In this document: in pieces, positions 50,999 through 63,715 of the stretch
Position numbering within the stretch: position 1 is the stretch's first letter
How the letters are laid out: every line of letters starts with the position of its first letter
From: Sphaerodactylus townsendi
Lineage: Eukaryota
Length of the DNA stretch: 64,000 nt
Assembly: GCF_021028975.2 (NCBI RefSeq)
Contig: NC_059425.1
Span: 139,624,001-139,688,000, forward strand
Reading direction: 5' to 3'
The notes under the pieces: generated by a model
The model's database searches: none
Told to the model about the DNA's origin: nothing
Seen by the model: the letters and a program-made list of their open reading frames with translations, nothing else
Program-made: the position numbers and the translations under genes

Positions 50999-51677
50999 GG
51001 CCCTTTCTGCACAACGCAAATAAAGTGTCTTGAAAGTGTGAAAAAAAAGCATGTGGGGGAGGAACTCCACACAGCTTTTCCCCCAAAATGTCCTCAGGTT
51101 GTTTTATTTCAACTGAACCCAGGGTTTTTTGAAATCACTAGACTACCAATCTTTTTTCTGAAGTCAGCTTAAGATTGTCTCCTACTTGCTGTGCATAGTT
51201 CAGGAGACAACTTATCTTCCATTCAATAAAGCTCTGATGCCAGCCATTTTCTTCTGCTTTAATCCTCCATTGTGCCAGCTATTTGCTGAACTTGGCCAGC
51301 TGATTTTCATATTGTGTGTTCATGTCTTTGAAGACAGGTCATAATTTTTTTTAAAAAAAACCAACAGGAAAACTATATATTACCAGAACAGGAAGAGCTG
51401 AGTTGATTCATGTAGATTATTTGATGAAAAGAAGCCAGGGCACAATGCATGCAAAGCAAACATTCCAGGGCAAGTTCAACAATGACTAGAGCTATGGAGG
51501 ATTCAAGTGGCAGAAAATGGCAGGTGCCAGCAAAAATGAAAGTGAGAACTTTACTGGGCAGGAAGAAAACCTGCTCTCTTCTTAGACACTTTTTTCTGTC
51601 CTATCCAGACAAAAATTGAGAAGAGTGCTTTTAAAAATGTCCGCAGGATGTCTTATTTTGGTTCTACAGAAAAGACT
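50999..51677. mobile_element. Foldback Harbinger-like element, copy C (left arm mostly lost)
   Basis: Starts GGCCCTTTCTGCACAAC; ATA on both flanks (50996-50998 and 51678-51680). Confidence 0.7.
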
Positions 51678-51697
51678 ATAAATGCCCACAAAACTTT

Positions 51698-51837
51698 GGC
51701 TGATTCCCCATGGGCCAAAAACAGCAGTGTGAAAACGGTGTGAAAATGGTGTAAAAGGGTTTAAAACGGTGTAAAAGTGTTTATACTGTTTTCACACTGT
51801 TTTGACACCGCTGTTTTTGGCCCATGAGGAATTAGCC
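51698..51837. mobile_element. Palindromic Harbinger-type MITE
   Basis: ggctgattccccatgggccaaaaacagc / gctgtttttggcccatgaggaattagcc; TSD TTT. Confidence 0.85.
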
Positions 51838-51854
51838 TTTGTTTCATTAACGTC

Positions 51855-53210
51855 CCTGCATCTCTCAGCCAAGGAATCCTCCACTTTTCCACCTGCAGGA
51901 CCTTCCAATTCCTTATTTTCCTGTCCCTGTTAAAGGACCACATATTGAGTACACTAGACTTCTGTGTGGTGAGGGGGGGGAGGAGGTTTAGGGCATACTC
52001 TAAACACTCACAGGAACAGAAGATTTGATGAGGATCATTATCTCTTTCCCACCCACTTGCCTTGTGCTATGCTGACTCTGGAGCAGCCTGGAGTCAAATA
52101 GGGCAGACTGGAAGAGGATGGGCTCTTCTCTTGCCCCCCCCTTTAAACCTTGGAGTTGTGTTACGCTTGGCTTTGCCAAAGGCCATAGTATACCTGCTGC
52201 CCCCCCCCCATTTGGTAGGCTTGGCCTTCCCCAACAAGCCTGATTTTACACTTTGGGAAAAGGAGGGGACAAGATTGGAGGGTCCATTCAGATGTGTTAT
52301 GTGCTATCAAGTCACCTATGACTTAGAAATCAATGACCTCCAAAATGTCTTCTCATTAACAGACTTGCTTAGGTCGTGCAAACTGAGGGCTGTGGTTTCC
52401 TTTAGTTAGTCAATCCATCCCACTGTGGTTCTTCCTCTTTTCCTCTTTTCTTCTTTTCCTAGTGTCTTCAACATTTCCTAGTATTACTGGCTTTTGCAGA
52501 GAGTCTTTTCTAGTGACTAAAGTACAATAGCTCAAGTTAAGTAATTTTAGCTTCTAGCAGTAAAATTACCAAATAAATCTTTTCCTGGGCTGTACATCAG
52601 GCTGTGAAGGAGCATAAGATGTTTTTGGAGTTTCCCATGTCAAACTGTGTGTGCCATATGTGTGGGAAACAGTGTCAGGTTTAGCTATAGGCTTGGTAGG
52701 CTGAAGCCTAGGACCTCAAAATCTAGGAGGCCTCCAGACAAAGTGTAAAATATTTTGACAGATTCCTGCTAATTCCACAAAATGTTTACAAAGTTCAGTT
52801 ATGGCAAAGTTTTTCAAAAAAATTTTTTTCAATCACTATGGTATTTAACAGTAAAATCTTATGTCCTTTAGAGGAGTAATTGTGAATTTTGGAATTTTAA
52901 ACACCCATCATCCTCAGCTTTACTCAATTTTGTTTACACTGCTCTTCAATTTTCCTCTAGTCATGAGGATGAGGGATTAGGAGGGACCTCATAAGTGGAA
53001 TAGCTCAGGTCTTCTCTTTGTTTAAATCTGGCACTGGTGGGAAAAGGCTAGGCTGAAAAACTTTCTCCCTGGGTATGGTTTTTAACGTGTGCTGAGGGAT
53101 TAAGGGAATATCCAAACATTATAGATATATTTTTAAAATGTTAAAGTGTTATTCATTCAAAGAGGTCAGTGTAATGTATTCTATTATTTAATTGTTGATT
53201 ATACATACAT
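51855..53210 (+). repeat. Old local duplication, copy 2
   Basis: Same blocks in the same order as 37790-40110; includes a shared RTE/BovB-like fragment. Confidence 0.85.
52670..53036. mobile_element. Non-autonomous hAT element
   Basis: TSD GTGGGAAA at 52662-52669 and 53037-53044; cagtgtcaggttta / taaatctggcactg TIRs; empty site in the paralogue near 39925. Confidence 0.88.
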
Positions 53211-53885
53211 ACATACATACATGCATATATACATGCATACATCACTCTGCTTGACAGAAAGATGGCAGATAGCACCTGTGTCTGTAATCAAAAGAAGCAG
53301 TCATTCTGATAAGTGTAATTAAAACAAGCATGAGTGGTGTGCAGCTGCATCACCATATGAAGATATGAAACTCTTATACCACTGATCCATTCAGCATGTC
53401 ACTTCTGACAGAAACTCTCCAGACAAAGGCCCTCTTTTACTCTGAGTGTGTCTCTCAAGAATCTCAAGCAGGGAATAGTCTTTCCCTGCATCTGAACTGG
53501 AGATGGTAGATTCTGAATTGAGAATTGGGAACAACACTAACCCTAACCCTGCCCATACAAATGTGCTCTACCAGACTCATGGCCCTTCCACAACAGAAAG
53601 TTGCTGTGAAAATTCTGACTCTGCAAATTCTGAGGAACTGAAACCATCATCTAACTGTGCCTCTCTCTTTCTTATAGAAGTAGGCAAGTTCACAAGGGAG
53701 ATTTCTAAAGACTGGGTGGAGAGACTGTGTGTACAGAGTGATAGAGTACCAGCCTATCAGAACCCAGGATCTTTTTAAATCTATCTTAGTAACATCTACG
53801 AGTACCTTAAGGTAAAACTGCACCTTCACAAGAAATATAATAGCGAAGGAACTAAGAAACCTACTAGAAAGCTTGATAAAATCCT

Positions 53886-54088
53886 GTGCCTGTGACAGAA
53901 ACTTAAGACTGTACATAGTTTATTTCTGCCAAATTTCCATGTACTGATTTTTTTCATAATTCCATATTTGTTTGCTCAATAAATTTTCCTTCTAATTTGT
54001 TTGAACCTGCTTCAGTTCTCCAGTGCCATTTTCAAGGGGATTGGTTTGAAAAGGAAAGGTTGCCACTCATCTGCAACAATGAAGTACC
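53886..54088 (+). repeat. About 200-bp duplicated segment (second copy 56998-57190)
   Basis: Collinear similarity with a 48/49-identical core. Confidence 0.9.
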
Positions 54089-55204
54089 TGTCTTTAAGTC
54101 TTCCTACTTGTTATTGTGAAGATGAAATAGGGAACAGGAAACAGTGTCTACTGCTTTGGGTTCCTTGAATGAATGGATAAAAAATTTGATAAATAAATGT
54201 CAAGCTGTGCATGTGTAATCCTTATGTACACAGAGCTGATAAACATCTGGAAATAGGGGTGAGGATGATGTTGTGATCTTTCTTACTCTCTAGGGGTTCA
54301 CTGAAATATTTTCAAACACTGTGTAAAGACAACACTTACTGTTTCTGTTTTTTTGGTAACTAATCTATGCATTGAGAAGAACCCAGTAGGAGCTACCTAG
54401 GAGGATCTAGAATAAAACTGTCAGAACACGGTAGAAATGGAATTAATTAGAGTGGCACTCCATTTCTTATTTCACAGGGAAAAAATGTTGTTCAAACTGC
54501 ATCCTGTTTACTGTTGCTGGGAACACATGGTGATAGCTCACTATTAGCAAACATTTTTGGACTTCCCATGGTGTGAAAATCACTCTACCAGATGGCTCCT
54601 ATCTCCCAGGATTTTTTAAATTGGTATATTTTTATTGGCCCCCTAACATTCCGTATTGGCTGGATCATTATATAACATCAACCACCTGATGTATGGGATA
54701 CATAATTTCAGTACATTTTCCAAGATTTTCCCATTAGCACGGCTTGTGGGCTTGATATATCTGATACAATGGCACATGCTGTACTTAGAGACCAAAGCCT
54801 TCACATGCCAGAAATCCTCTGAGACTTATTTCCACCCATCAGTCATCAGCCAGATAAATCTTCCTACTCAATGCAATTTAGAACTTCTGAATAGCCCACT
54901 TGAGCTTTAAGCATCCTTCTGAAATTACTTTAAAAGATGAAACTTGATCACAGGAGTAAGAATTTTCCCATCATTGTCTTTTTGAAGTACTGAGTAAGAA
55001 CACTTTGCTGCTTTTAAGTAATGTACATTTAAGGTGAAGACACATTAATTGGGGAAATTTCCACTTCTATTGACCATTGTGAGAATTGTATAAAATTGGC
55101 CTCCATTGTATAAATTGAAGCTGGATACAACTTCCCAAAGCCAAAACTGTAGCTCTTTCTGCACTAATTCCCTAAAATATTTCTAAAACATTTTCAGTCT
55201 CTCC

Positions 55205-55322
55205 AGCGGATTCCACATGGGCCAAAAACAACAGTGTGAAAATGGTGTGAACCCTTTTATACCATTTTAAACCCTTTTACACCATTTTCACACTGCTGTT
55301 TTTGGCCCATGCGGAATCTGCC
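55205..55322. mobile_element. Palindromic MITE, same family as 51698-51837
   Basis: gattccacatgggccaaaaaca / tgtttttggcccatgcggaatc. Confidence 0.8.
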
Positions 55323-55699
55323 TCTGATTACAACAATGTGTTGCTGTAATCACTTACACCCTCAAAAAGATTCCTGGCTGCCATTGCATGATTTCCCCCT
55401 TTTTTAAAAAAGTTTTGTGTTGAAACAATGCTTCACAGGTTTGTGCTGTGATTCCATATTCCTTGTATATTCAATGCTTTGAAGTTTGCCCCACCCCCAA
55501 TAAAAGAACAAACAGAGAAATAATGCAAATAAACAGGTGAGAGGGAACTGAGCTCAAAAAAATGGCGTCGAGGAGAAAGCTCAAAGCTGAGAAGCATGGG
55601 AAACATACTAAATAGATCACACTTGCAACTGAAGACATTTTCAAAATGTTTCAAACGGACAATCATCTTAAGTGGAGATTCAGAACCCACTTCATGAAA

Positions 55700-55878
55700 G
55701 GTCGAATCCCCACTACCATCTTAGCCAGGTTTCAGAACACAAACTAACCAGGTTTGAGGGACGACCTCCCGGGTCGAATCCCCACTACAGTCTTAGCCAG
55801 GTTTCAGAACACAAACGACCGCAAACCTGGTTAGTTTGTGTTCTGAAACCTGGCTAAGATGGTAGTGGGGATTCGACC
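55700..55878. mobile_element. Harbinger-type MITE with long perfect TIRs and an internal third TIR copy
   Basis: ggtcgaatccccactaccatcttagccaggtttcagaacacaaactaaccaggtttg and its exact reverse complement; TSD AAA. Confidence 0.85.
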
Positions 55879-57265
55879 AAAGACTCATGCACCTGATGAA
55901 ATGGACTTTCACCCATGAAAGGTAGGTCAGAAAACATTTTCAAGTCTTTAAGATTCAGATTACTTCTTCAGGAGCACACCAATGTTGATTTACGTGGCTT
56001 GCTTACCTGTTAAATTTCTAATTATATTACGTACATCATGTTGATGTAGGGAATCCATAACTATATCCCAAGACATGTAACTTAGTACACAAAAGGTGCA
56101 ATAATATGGATCAAGACAATAGCAGCAATCCTAAGCAGGTTTAATAAGAAGCACGACCCACTTTAGTCAACAGAACTGGGTTTCAGTAAAGTGTTCTCAG
56201 AATTTCAGCCTATGGGGAAATGGGGTGTTAACTCTTCATCCCCTCAACATTTTCCAAACAAAATGTCCCATCTCCCAGGTCACCTATATTAAAACTGTTT
56301 GATGATGCTATGCTGACTATATTCAAAATAAAATATTGAGTTGCATCTAGTGGAAGAGATTTCCATCATCACCTGCATTATCTTGCTGCAGGACAAAAGG
56401 CTCCTCAAAACACTGCTTCTGGGGCATTGTGGACCCCCAGGAACAAGATAAGGGTGAATCTATAATGGAAGTAGAGATTCAACAATTTTTCCTTTCACCA
56501 TTCTGTTGACTTCATTTACACCATTTATATGCTATTTGCACACCATTTATATCCAACTGATGCAAAAATAATATTGAAAAGCACAAATATTTTACACAAA
56601 GAATTTGGAGCAATTTAACAGTAATCAGAACTCATGCATCTGATTCACATAAAAGACAAAATCAGAGTGGGATCTTAGATATGAATCAGCTAAGATAAGA
56701 AATGTGACACTATGCCTACTGATGTCATACTTCCTATCCTAAGAGTTTTTAGATTAGGTTGTAGGCACTAGGCTACCAAGTAGACAGAACATGAATTTAA
56801 ACAACTATATAAAATGAAAGAACTGTCTTACTAGATCAGACAAAAGTCCCATTTCATCCAGTTTTCTGTCCAGCCAAATACACATGCAAACTTATAAATA
56901 TCTATTGTGGTTGAAGCCCATCATTTAGCACTCATAAGTACCTGCCTCTGAATGTGGAAGTGGCATTTATCATTGCCATAGAAATGTATAAATTGCTGTG
57001 CCTGTGACAGAAACATAAGACTGACCATAGCTTTCCCTGCCAGATTTCCATCCACTGATTTACTTCATACTTCAGTATTTGTTTGTTCAATAAATTTTCC
57101 TTCTAATTTGTTTGAACCTGCTTCAATTCTCCACTGCCATTGGATTGGTTTGAAAGTGAAAGATCACCACACATCAGTGCCAATGAAGTATCATTCTGCT
57201 ACTATAGATACACTTTCTGATATATAAGAAATAAAGACAGTTGACATATGACTGAATATTAAATG

Positions 57266-57505
57266 AAGAAGAATAGTTGGTTTTTATACTCTGCTTTTCT
57301 TTACCTTAAAGAGTCTCAAAGCGGCTTTTATTAAAATCACCTTCTCTCCCCACAACAGGCACCTTATGAAGTAGGTGAGCCTGAAAGAATTCTGAGACAA
57401 CTATAACTGACACAAGGTCACCAGCAAACTTCATATGGAGGAGTGGGGAATCAAACCTGGTTCCTTAGATTAGAATCCACCACTCTTAACCATTACACCA
57501 TGCTG
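57266..57505 (-). mobile_element. tRNA-derived SINE (Squam3-like)
   Basis: Homologous to the 4107 and 63230 copies. Confidence 0.7.
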
Positions 57506-57989
57506 GAATACAATGTCATAAATAAATAGAAATTTCAATGGGCAACAACTGTTAATATAACTCACAAACAATTTGGGTACACTTAATAGGATGCAGATGA
57601 GTCAAGCATCCTTTACATAAGGAATCTTGAAAATCTAGATGAGTTCACCTGAACTGAACCTCTGAACCTCTGAACATGCTATTGAACTATTCAGTCTCCT
57701 CCATGCCAAACTAATGTATACTTGAGGAGAGCCCAACAGAGCCTTCCTCCCTAGTCATGAGGTCTTTGAGTCACCAATGGGTCTTGTTGTCTCAGTTCTG
57801 GAAGCCACATTAGGTTTGGGATCCTAGAGCAAGGAACAACTACTTCACCTAATGCTTTATGATGGTCACCAAACCTATTTCTGTTTTGCCTACTCTGCAA
57901 TTACCATTAGTGATCAAGGAATCCTAATGTCACCAATATTAAATTCCCTACCTGGGGATTCACTTCCATTTCAGAGCAGATTGGGCAAA

Positions 57990-59247
57990 CCATAGAGAGG
58001 CAGCAATCAGGGGAAATTTGAAATTTACAGCTTGTTATAACTTGAAAGAAAATTATTATAAGATGATGTATAGATGGTATTTATCACCAAAAAATGTCTA
58101 AAATGTATAAGGGAATATCAAACAAATGCTGGAAATGTCAACAACAGGATGGTTCTTTTTTTCATATGTGGTGGATATGTAAACAGGCAAAATTGTTTTG
58201 GGATATGATTTTAAAAGAAATGCAAAAGATTTGGAAAATAATAATTGAAAAAAAAACCCTGAGGCCGTTTCCGCACGGCCAAAAGCAGCGACGCGATGAC
58301 GTCGCAAATTGCGACGCATCCCAAAAAAAGCGTTCACACAGACAGGCGGAGCTGCGGGCGTCCGCAGCCCCGCAGAAATGTGACGGTTCGCACGGAAGCG
58401 CTGCGGAAGCGGCGTCTCGCGATGTTGCGCCTGCGCACTTGCGAAGCCGTGCAGGCCCGACGCCATTTGTGACGACAGCCCGGCATGGCTGTTCGCATCG
58501 AAGTGCGGCCGATACGTCACAAGGGGAAAAAGAGTGGTTTTAAGCTGCTTGAATACACCGCCTTCGCTACCGTTTAGCTGCTTTCGCTGGTTTTGACATC
58601 AAGCGCGACTGCGCACAAGCCGCTGCTTAACGCTTCTCGCTCTGACGCTTCTTTTTCCGTTGCGACGACGTCATATTTTGCCCGTGCGGAAACGGCCTGA
58701 GGCATTTCTGTTGGGGTTCATGGGGAAAAGTATTCCAGATCAATATAGAACATGTTTTATGTATATGACAACTGCAACAAGTATTTTATGTGCATACAAA
58801 TGGAGGGACAACAAAATTCCAACAAAATAAGACTGGATCTTGAAAGTCACAGAGTATGCAAAGATGTAGTTATAAGAGACAAGAATACAGACAATTTTTT
58901 CTGAAAGACTGAAAATCCTTTGCGGACTACTTATTGAAAACATACACAAACAGAGAAACAATGGCAGGATTCGAGACTTAAATGAAAACAGTGTATTGGA
59001 TTAAGACTACTTTATAAGAAGGACTAAAAGTGAAAAAATGTAGATATTGATTATAAGCACGAAGTTAGATTTATGCTTGGATCCTTAGTGAGATAGCTGG
59101 AAGTCACCATATTTAAGTGTAGGTGTTTGTGTATGGTTTTTTCCTCTTTTCTTTTCATTTAGTATTATTATTGGGATCTTTTCTTTATTTTTCTAAGTAT
59201 GTGCTATTTAGATGTGTAAAATAAATAAAAATTCTTATTAAAAAAAG
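57990..59247 (+). mobile_element. L1 3' fragment interrupted by a MITE
   Basis: YKMMYRWY...KCWKC...FFHMWWIC; PEAFLLG is restored when the MITE is removed; AATAAA and A-rich end. Confidence 0.85.
58263..58697. mobile_element. Young CpG-rich PIF/Harbinger-type MITE
   Basis: TIRs GGCCGTTTCCGCACGG / CCGTGCGGAAACGGCC; TSD TGA. Confidence 0.92.
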
Positions 59248-59473
59248 ATGGGAGTCTGATTCACTAACTCAAAATCAAAGTTCCGCTTTCCATTTTTAGC
59301 TAGTGTATTCAGAACTACAATCTGGGTATCCAGTCTGGTTTGCCACAGCAAATTTTAGATCAACAACTCAATTTCTAGAATCAAGAATTCAGAACAAAGT
59401 GACATGAGAAGGACTTACAACCTAAACAATTGTATTCTGAAGTTAAGTTTCTCTGAGTCCAGTATTTCTTAGA

Positions 59474-59903
59474 GGTGGTGGTGGAAAATTCTCTTAAGTC
59501 ACTGCCAACTTATGGAGACCCCATAGGATTTTCAAGGCAAGAGACCTACAGTGGTATCCTTGGACAGATTTATGGAGGAGAAGTCAATCTATGTCTGCTA
59601 ATCTTGATCCTCCTTGATCTGAGACTGCAAATGCCTTAGCAGACCAGGTGCTTGTGCGCATCTTATAATGCTTTCATGTGAGCTCCCAAAGGCATCTGGT
59701 GGGCCACCACAAGTAGCAGAGTTCTGGACTACATGGACTTTGGTCTGACTCAGCAGGCTCTTTCTTATGTTATTATATTCTTATGAGGTGGTTTGCCATT
59801 GCCTGGCCCTGCACAGCAACCTTGGAGTTTCTTGGTGGTCTCAAATCCAAGTACAAATAGGGCCAACCATGCTTAGATTCTGATATCTGATAGGTCAGGG
59901 CTA
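59474..59903 (-). mobile_element. 5S-derived SINE with a nested plus-strand CR1 3' end (about 59558-59785)
   Basis: 5S complement at the right; the insert matches 3432-3672. Confidence 0.7.
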
Positions 59904-61337
59904 TTTCCTAGTCTGTGCTTAAATCTACCACCTTATAAGCAAATACTAGCTGTTAAGTTTAATTAAAAGACATTTAATGATTTTCAGTTGGGCCTCTCTC
60001 CTTAGTATGGCTGTGGATTGACAGGAGGATTAAAATTGGGCCTCACTCCAACTCCCTGCCCCCAGGGAAGGACTAGATTTCAATACATGTATATTAAAAT
60101 GTCCAAGAAAGGAATTTTAAATCTTAATGAGATTTTCTTCCCAAACAGAAATCAGAAATGTTGTTCCACACTGGACAAATTTCTGAATGGAGAGTAATGT
60201 TCTGCAATTACAGTTTGACTAATTTAGAAGCAGTCTATTTAAAGGGCAGTGCATTCTGAACACAAGAAAGGCCCAATGAATCTCTCAGCAAATTATTTTC
60301 TTTGGGGAGAGACATCCATAAAAGACTTTGGAAAGTTTGCAGATTTTCACAGGTATCAAAAAATTAAGTTTTTAACAGATCAATACCTCCCAAATTGAAG
60401 TCAGACACATTAAGGTCCTGACCTTGCATTATATTATCTAAATTGCAAATTCAACTTTGCTTCGCTGAGTTTTTGTTTTTGGCTACAATTGCCATAGTAT
60501 TAATATTCTAGACACAGCAGCACAGAACATGGAAAGTGACTGCCCAAGGTCAGCCTTCAAATGGTATGATGTACAGTTCAGGTTATTGCTCCACTGAACT
60601 CAAATGGTCTTGAGACCAACCTGCCTTAAGTCATTATCTTCTGTCTCTTAGAAATTGATTATTGTAGAAGGATGGCTCATACGCAGTCCATGCTCAGCAC
60701 ATACTTCAGCTTCTGGCTGCTTGCTGACTCTGCACAGCTAACTCTGAACAGTCAGACTTTTTTATCACTACATATGGCACCAGCTATCAGTAATAATAAC
60801 TCATTTAATGTAGCTATGAGGCTACTGGAGTGTGTTCCATGTTTAGCTTCCTTACAGTATATTCACCTAAATAGTATTCATTCATTTAAGAATTTCAATG
60901 TAATTATAAATTATTCTTGAATTCATTGATTTACTCATACAAATATCAATCAATCAAAGAAATCTTAGTCATATGAATTTGGATGGACCAATTCATTATT
61001 TCTAGATTTGCATATGGAAAAATAAGAGCCACAGGAAAAAAAGTTCCTTTCCCTTCCTTCCAATGATGCTTTACAATAGGTACCTCCACCATCTTACTGT
61101 AAAACCCATTTACTCTTACATAGGTGCGAGAATTGTATTCTAAGGTAGCACTTGCCGGTTTTATAAGGTTTTTTTTGTCAAAAGCAATTTGAAAATTTAA
61201 AAAAACCCACAAAAACCTGTATCCCAATTTATCAAAAACACTTTTTAATCAAAATTTTTAAATGGTTTTAATTTAATAAGCCGATGTTCTATTTATTATA
61301 CATTGTTTTTGTCTAAAGAGTTGAAAAAGTTCACTTA

Positions 61338-62232
61338 GGCTGTTTTTTGCATGGCACAATTACACCGGGGTTGAACCAGGACCATATATACCTGGGCTTT
61401 TATATCCAGTTTCTCCCTTTGCACGGCTCCGCACTTCTGCCTAGGAGCAGAGTAAGGTCCAGTAGGAAATGCCCCAGTTTGTTCCACATGATCCAGACTT
61501 CTGTATTTACTTCAAAAGCATATCTGAGCATGCCCAGTGTCCCACATTCTGATTGGCTGCTGTTTTTGAGTGGCAGCTGCAAGCACCTGTGAGCTTGCCC
61601 AGTATCCTGTGTTCTGATTGGCTGTCATTTTTTAATGGCCGCTTGAATGAACGTCAGGCGGGGGCAGGAAAAAATAAACTTGGTCTGCTCTTGATTGGTG
61701 TTTTTGTGTATGTGCTGTGGGAATGGAAGAAACTGATCCATGTTTTTAATGAATTAAAGTAAGATTTTGCTGTTAGAGGGAGAAAACTAGTGAATAGGTC
61801 TGTCATTGATTTAAAATAAAGCTTGTACTGAGGAAAATATACCAAGTGATTGTTCTGATTGGCTATTGCTTTTGAGTAGCAGTTGCAAGCACCTGTCAGC
61901 TTGCCCAGTGTCCCACATTCTGATTGGCTGTTGTTTTTGAGTGGCAGCTTGAATGAACGATGGGCAGGGATATCAGGTGGCTGGGCGGGAAAAATAAACT
62001 GGTCCTGCTCCTGATTGGGTTTTGCAATGTACAGGCACAAGCAGGGTCACACCAAGATTTTTAAAAAAGAACCTCCAAACTGGTGATTTTTTAAAATCCT
62101 GGGTTAAGGTATAGATCCTGGGGTGACACTGGGGCAGACCTTGTGCAGCTTTGGAAAACGTGCGGAATTCCCGGCTGCACAGGGATATTTTCCGTGCTCA
62201 CCCAGGGATATTTTGACAATGCAAAAACAGCA
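61338..62232. mobile_element. Harbinger-type non-autonomous element with repeated CCAAT boxes
   Basis: ggctgttttttgcatggca / tgacaatgcaaaaacagca; TSD TTA; internal duplication. Confidence 0.75.
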
Positions 62233-63224
62233 TTAGAGCCTTAAAGACATCCATCTCAGAACAGTATCACTACTCTTCTTCAGGGCTGCTGTGAATTCAC
62301 AGCAAACAAGTTTGGAAGGCAAACATTGTTCAACAGGTAAAATCACTGACCCCACAATATTATGGATGGCCAGGTTGTGCAAAAATACAAAAAACCTTGA
62401 TGAAAACGTAGACTTAAATCAACACCAAATAGTAAAAGCTTTAAAAAAAAGACAGATTTTAAAAAAATGTTCACAGAACTATCGATCACAGACCAAGAAC
62501 TACTTTTGGTCTGTCTTAGAGTATTCATATATGATATATAGTCAGTCCACCTCTACTGTCAGAATAGTCAAAAAATAACCCAGCAAACAGGCTTGAGCTG
62601 CTTGCAATAGGCAATAGGCTTCCTGCTTGTTACAAATGAGCAGACGGTGGACTGAACTAGGGAACTGAACCAGTACGTCTACTTACTTTCTACTTATGTA
62701 TCTACTTTCATGGATACATAAAAAATTAAAAATGCAGTTCACTGATTTATGGAACATTAATCTTGCGCTTATTTTGTTATTTTTATTGTACCCTTTCTGC
62801 ATTTCTATCATTATAAGCTGCCTTGCTTGTAGATTATTTTTCTGTAATAGGCAATCAAGTTCATTCACCATCACTGATCACTAATTTACACAGTTTCTTA
62901 GTTTACCACAAAATGGCTAACTGATAAAGTTAGCATCATAATCTGTCTAGGCTCACAGAACAAATATCATGACCTCGGCTCATTCTGTACCTTCACAAGA
63001 TTTCTACTGAATCCATCCTTCAGATTTGTTTTCTACTCATTATGTATTAGTTTTGTTATGTTCCATCTTCACCTAATTAGCTTCCAGGTGACCCAGTCCA
63101 ACAGCTGAGTACCCTTAGTAACATATTTCTAATGGCTAAATAACCTTGATCCTACCACAATGATGAGTCAAGCCCAGCTTAACTGCCTCCTGTAGCTTCT
63201 TGATTTTCACACACTCTACCTAAG

Positions 63225-63546
63225 AACAGAAGAAGAAGAGGAGGAGGAGGAGGAGGAGGAGGAGGAGGAGGAGGAGGAGGAGAGGAGGAGGAACAGGAGT
63301 TTGGGGCTTACAATCTCCTTGCCCTTCCCCCCTCACAACAAACACCCTGTGAGGTAGGTGGGGCTGAGAGAGCTCAGAGAAGCTGTGACTAGCCCAAGGT
63401 CACCCAGCTGGCGTGTGTGGGAGTATACAGGCTAATCTGAATTCCCCAGATAAGCCTCCACAGCTCAGGCAGCAGAGAGGAGAATCAAACCCGGTTCCTC
63501 CAGATTAGATACACGAGCTCTTAACCTCCTACGCCACTGCTGCTCC
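63225..63546 (-). mobile_element. tRNA-derived SINE (Squam3-like) with a (GGA)n/(GAA)n tail
   Basis: A/B-box complements (cctcctacgccactgc, aatcaaacccgg); simple-repeat tail. Confidence 0.8.
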
Positions 63547-63715
63547 TTAAGAACATGTTCTTAAGAACTTAAGAAAGAGCCTGCTGGATTAGACCCATCT
63601 AGTCCAGCACTCTGCTACCTTCCTCAATCAGCACTGTGAATGTAATGATTTCTTCTTCTTCTGGTTTAAATTATAATGTGTGCAACTATCTTTATTCCAG
63701 TGATACAACCAAGAA

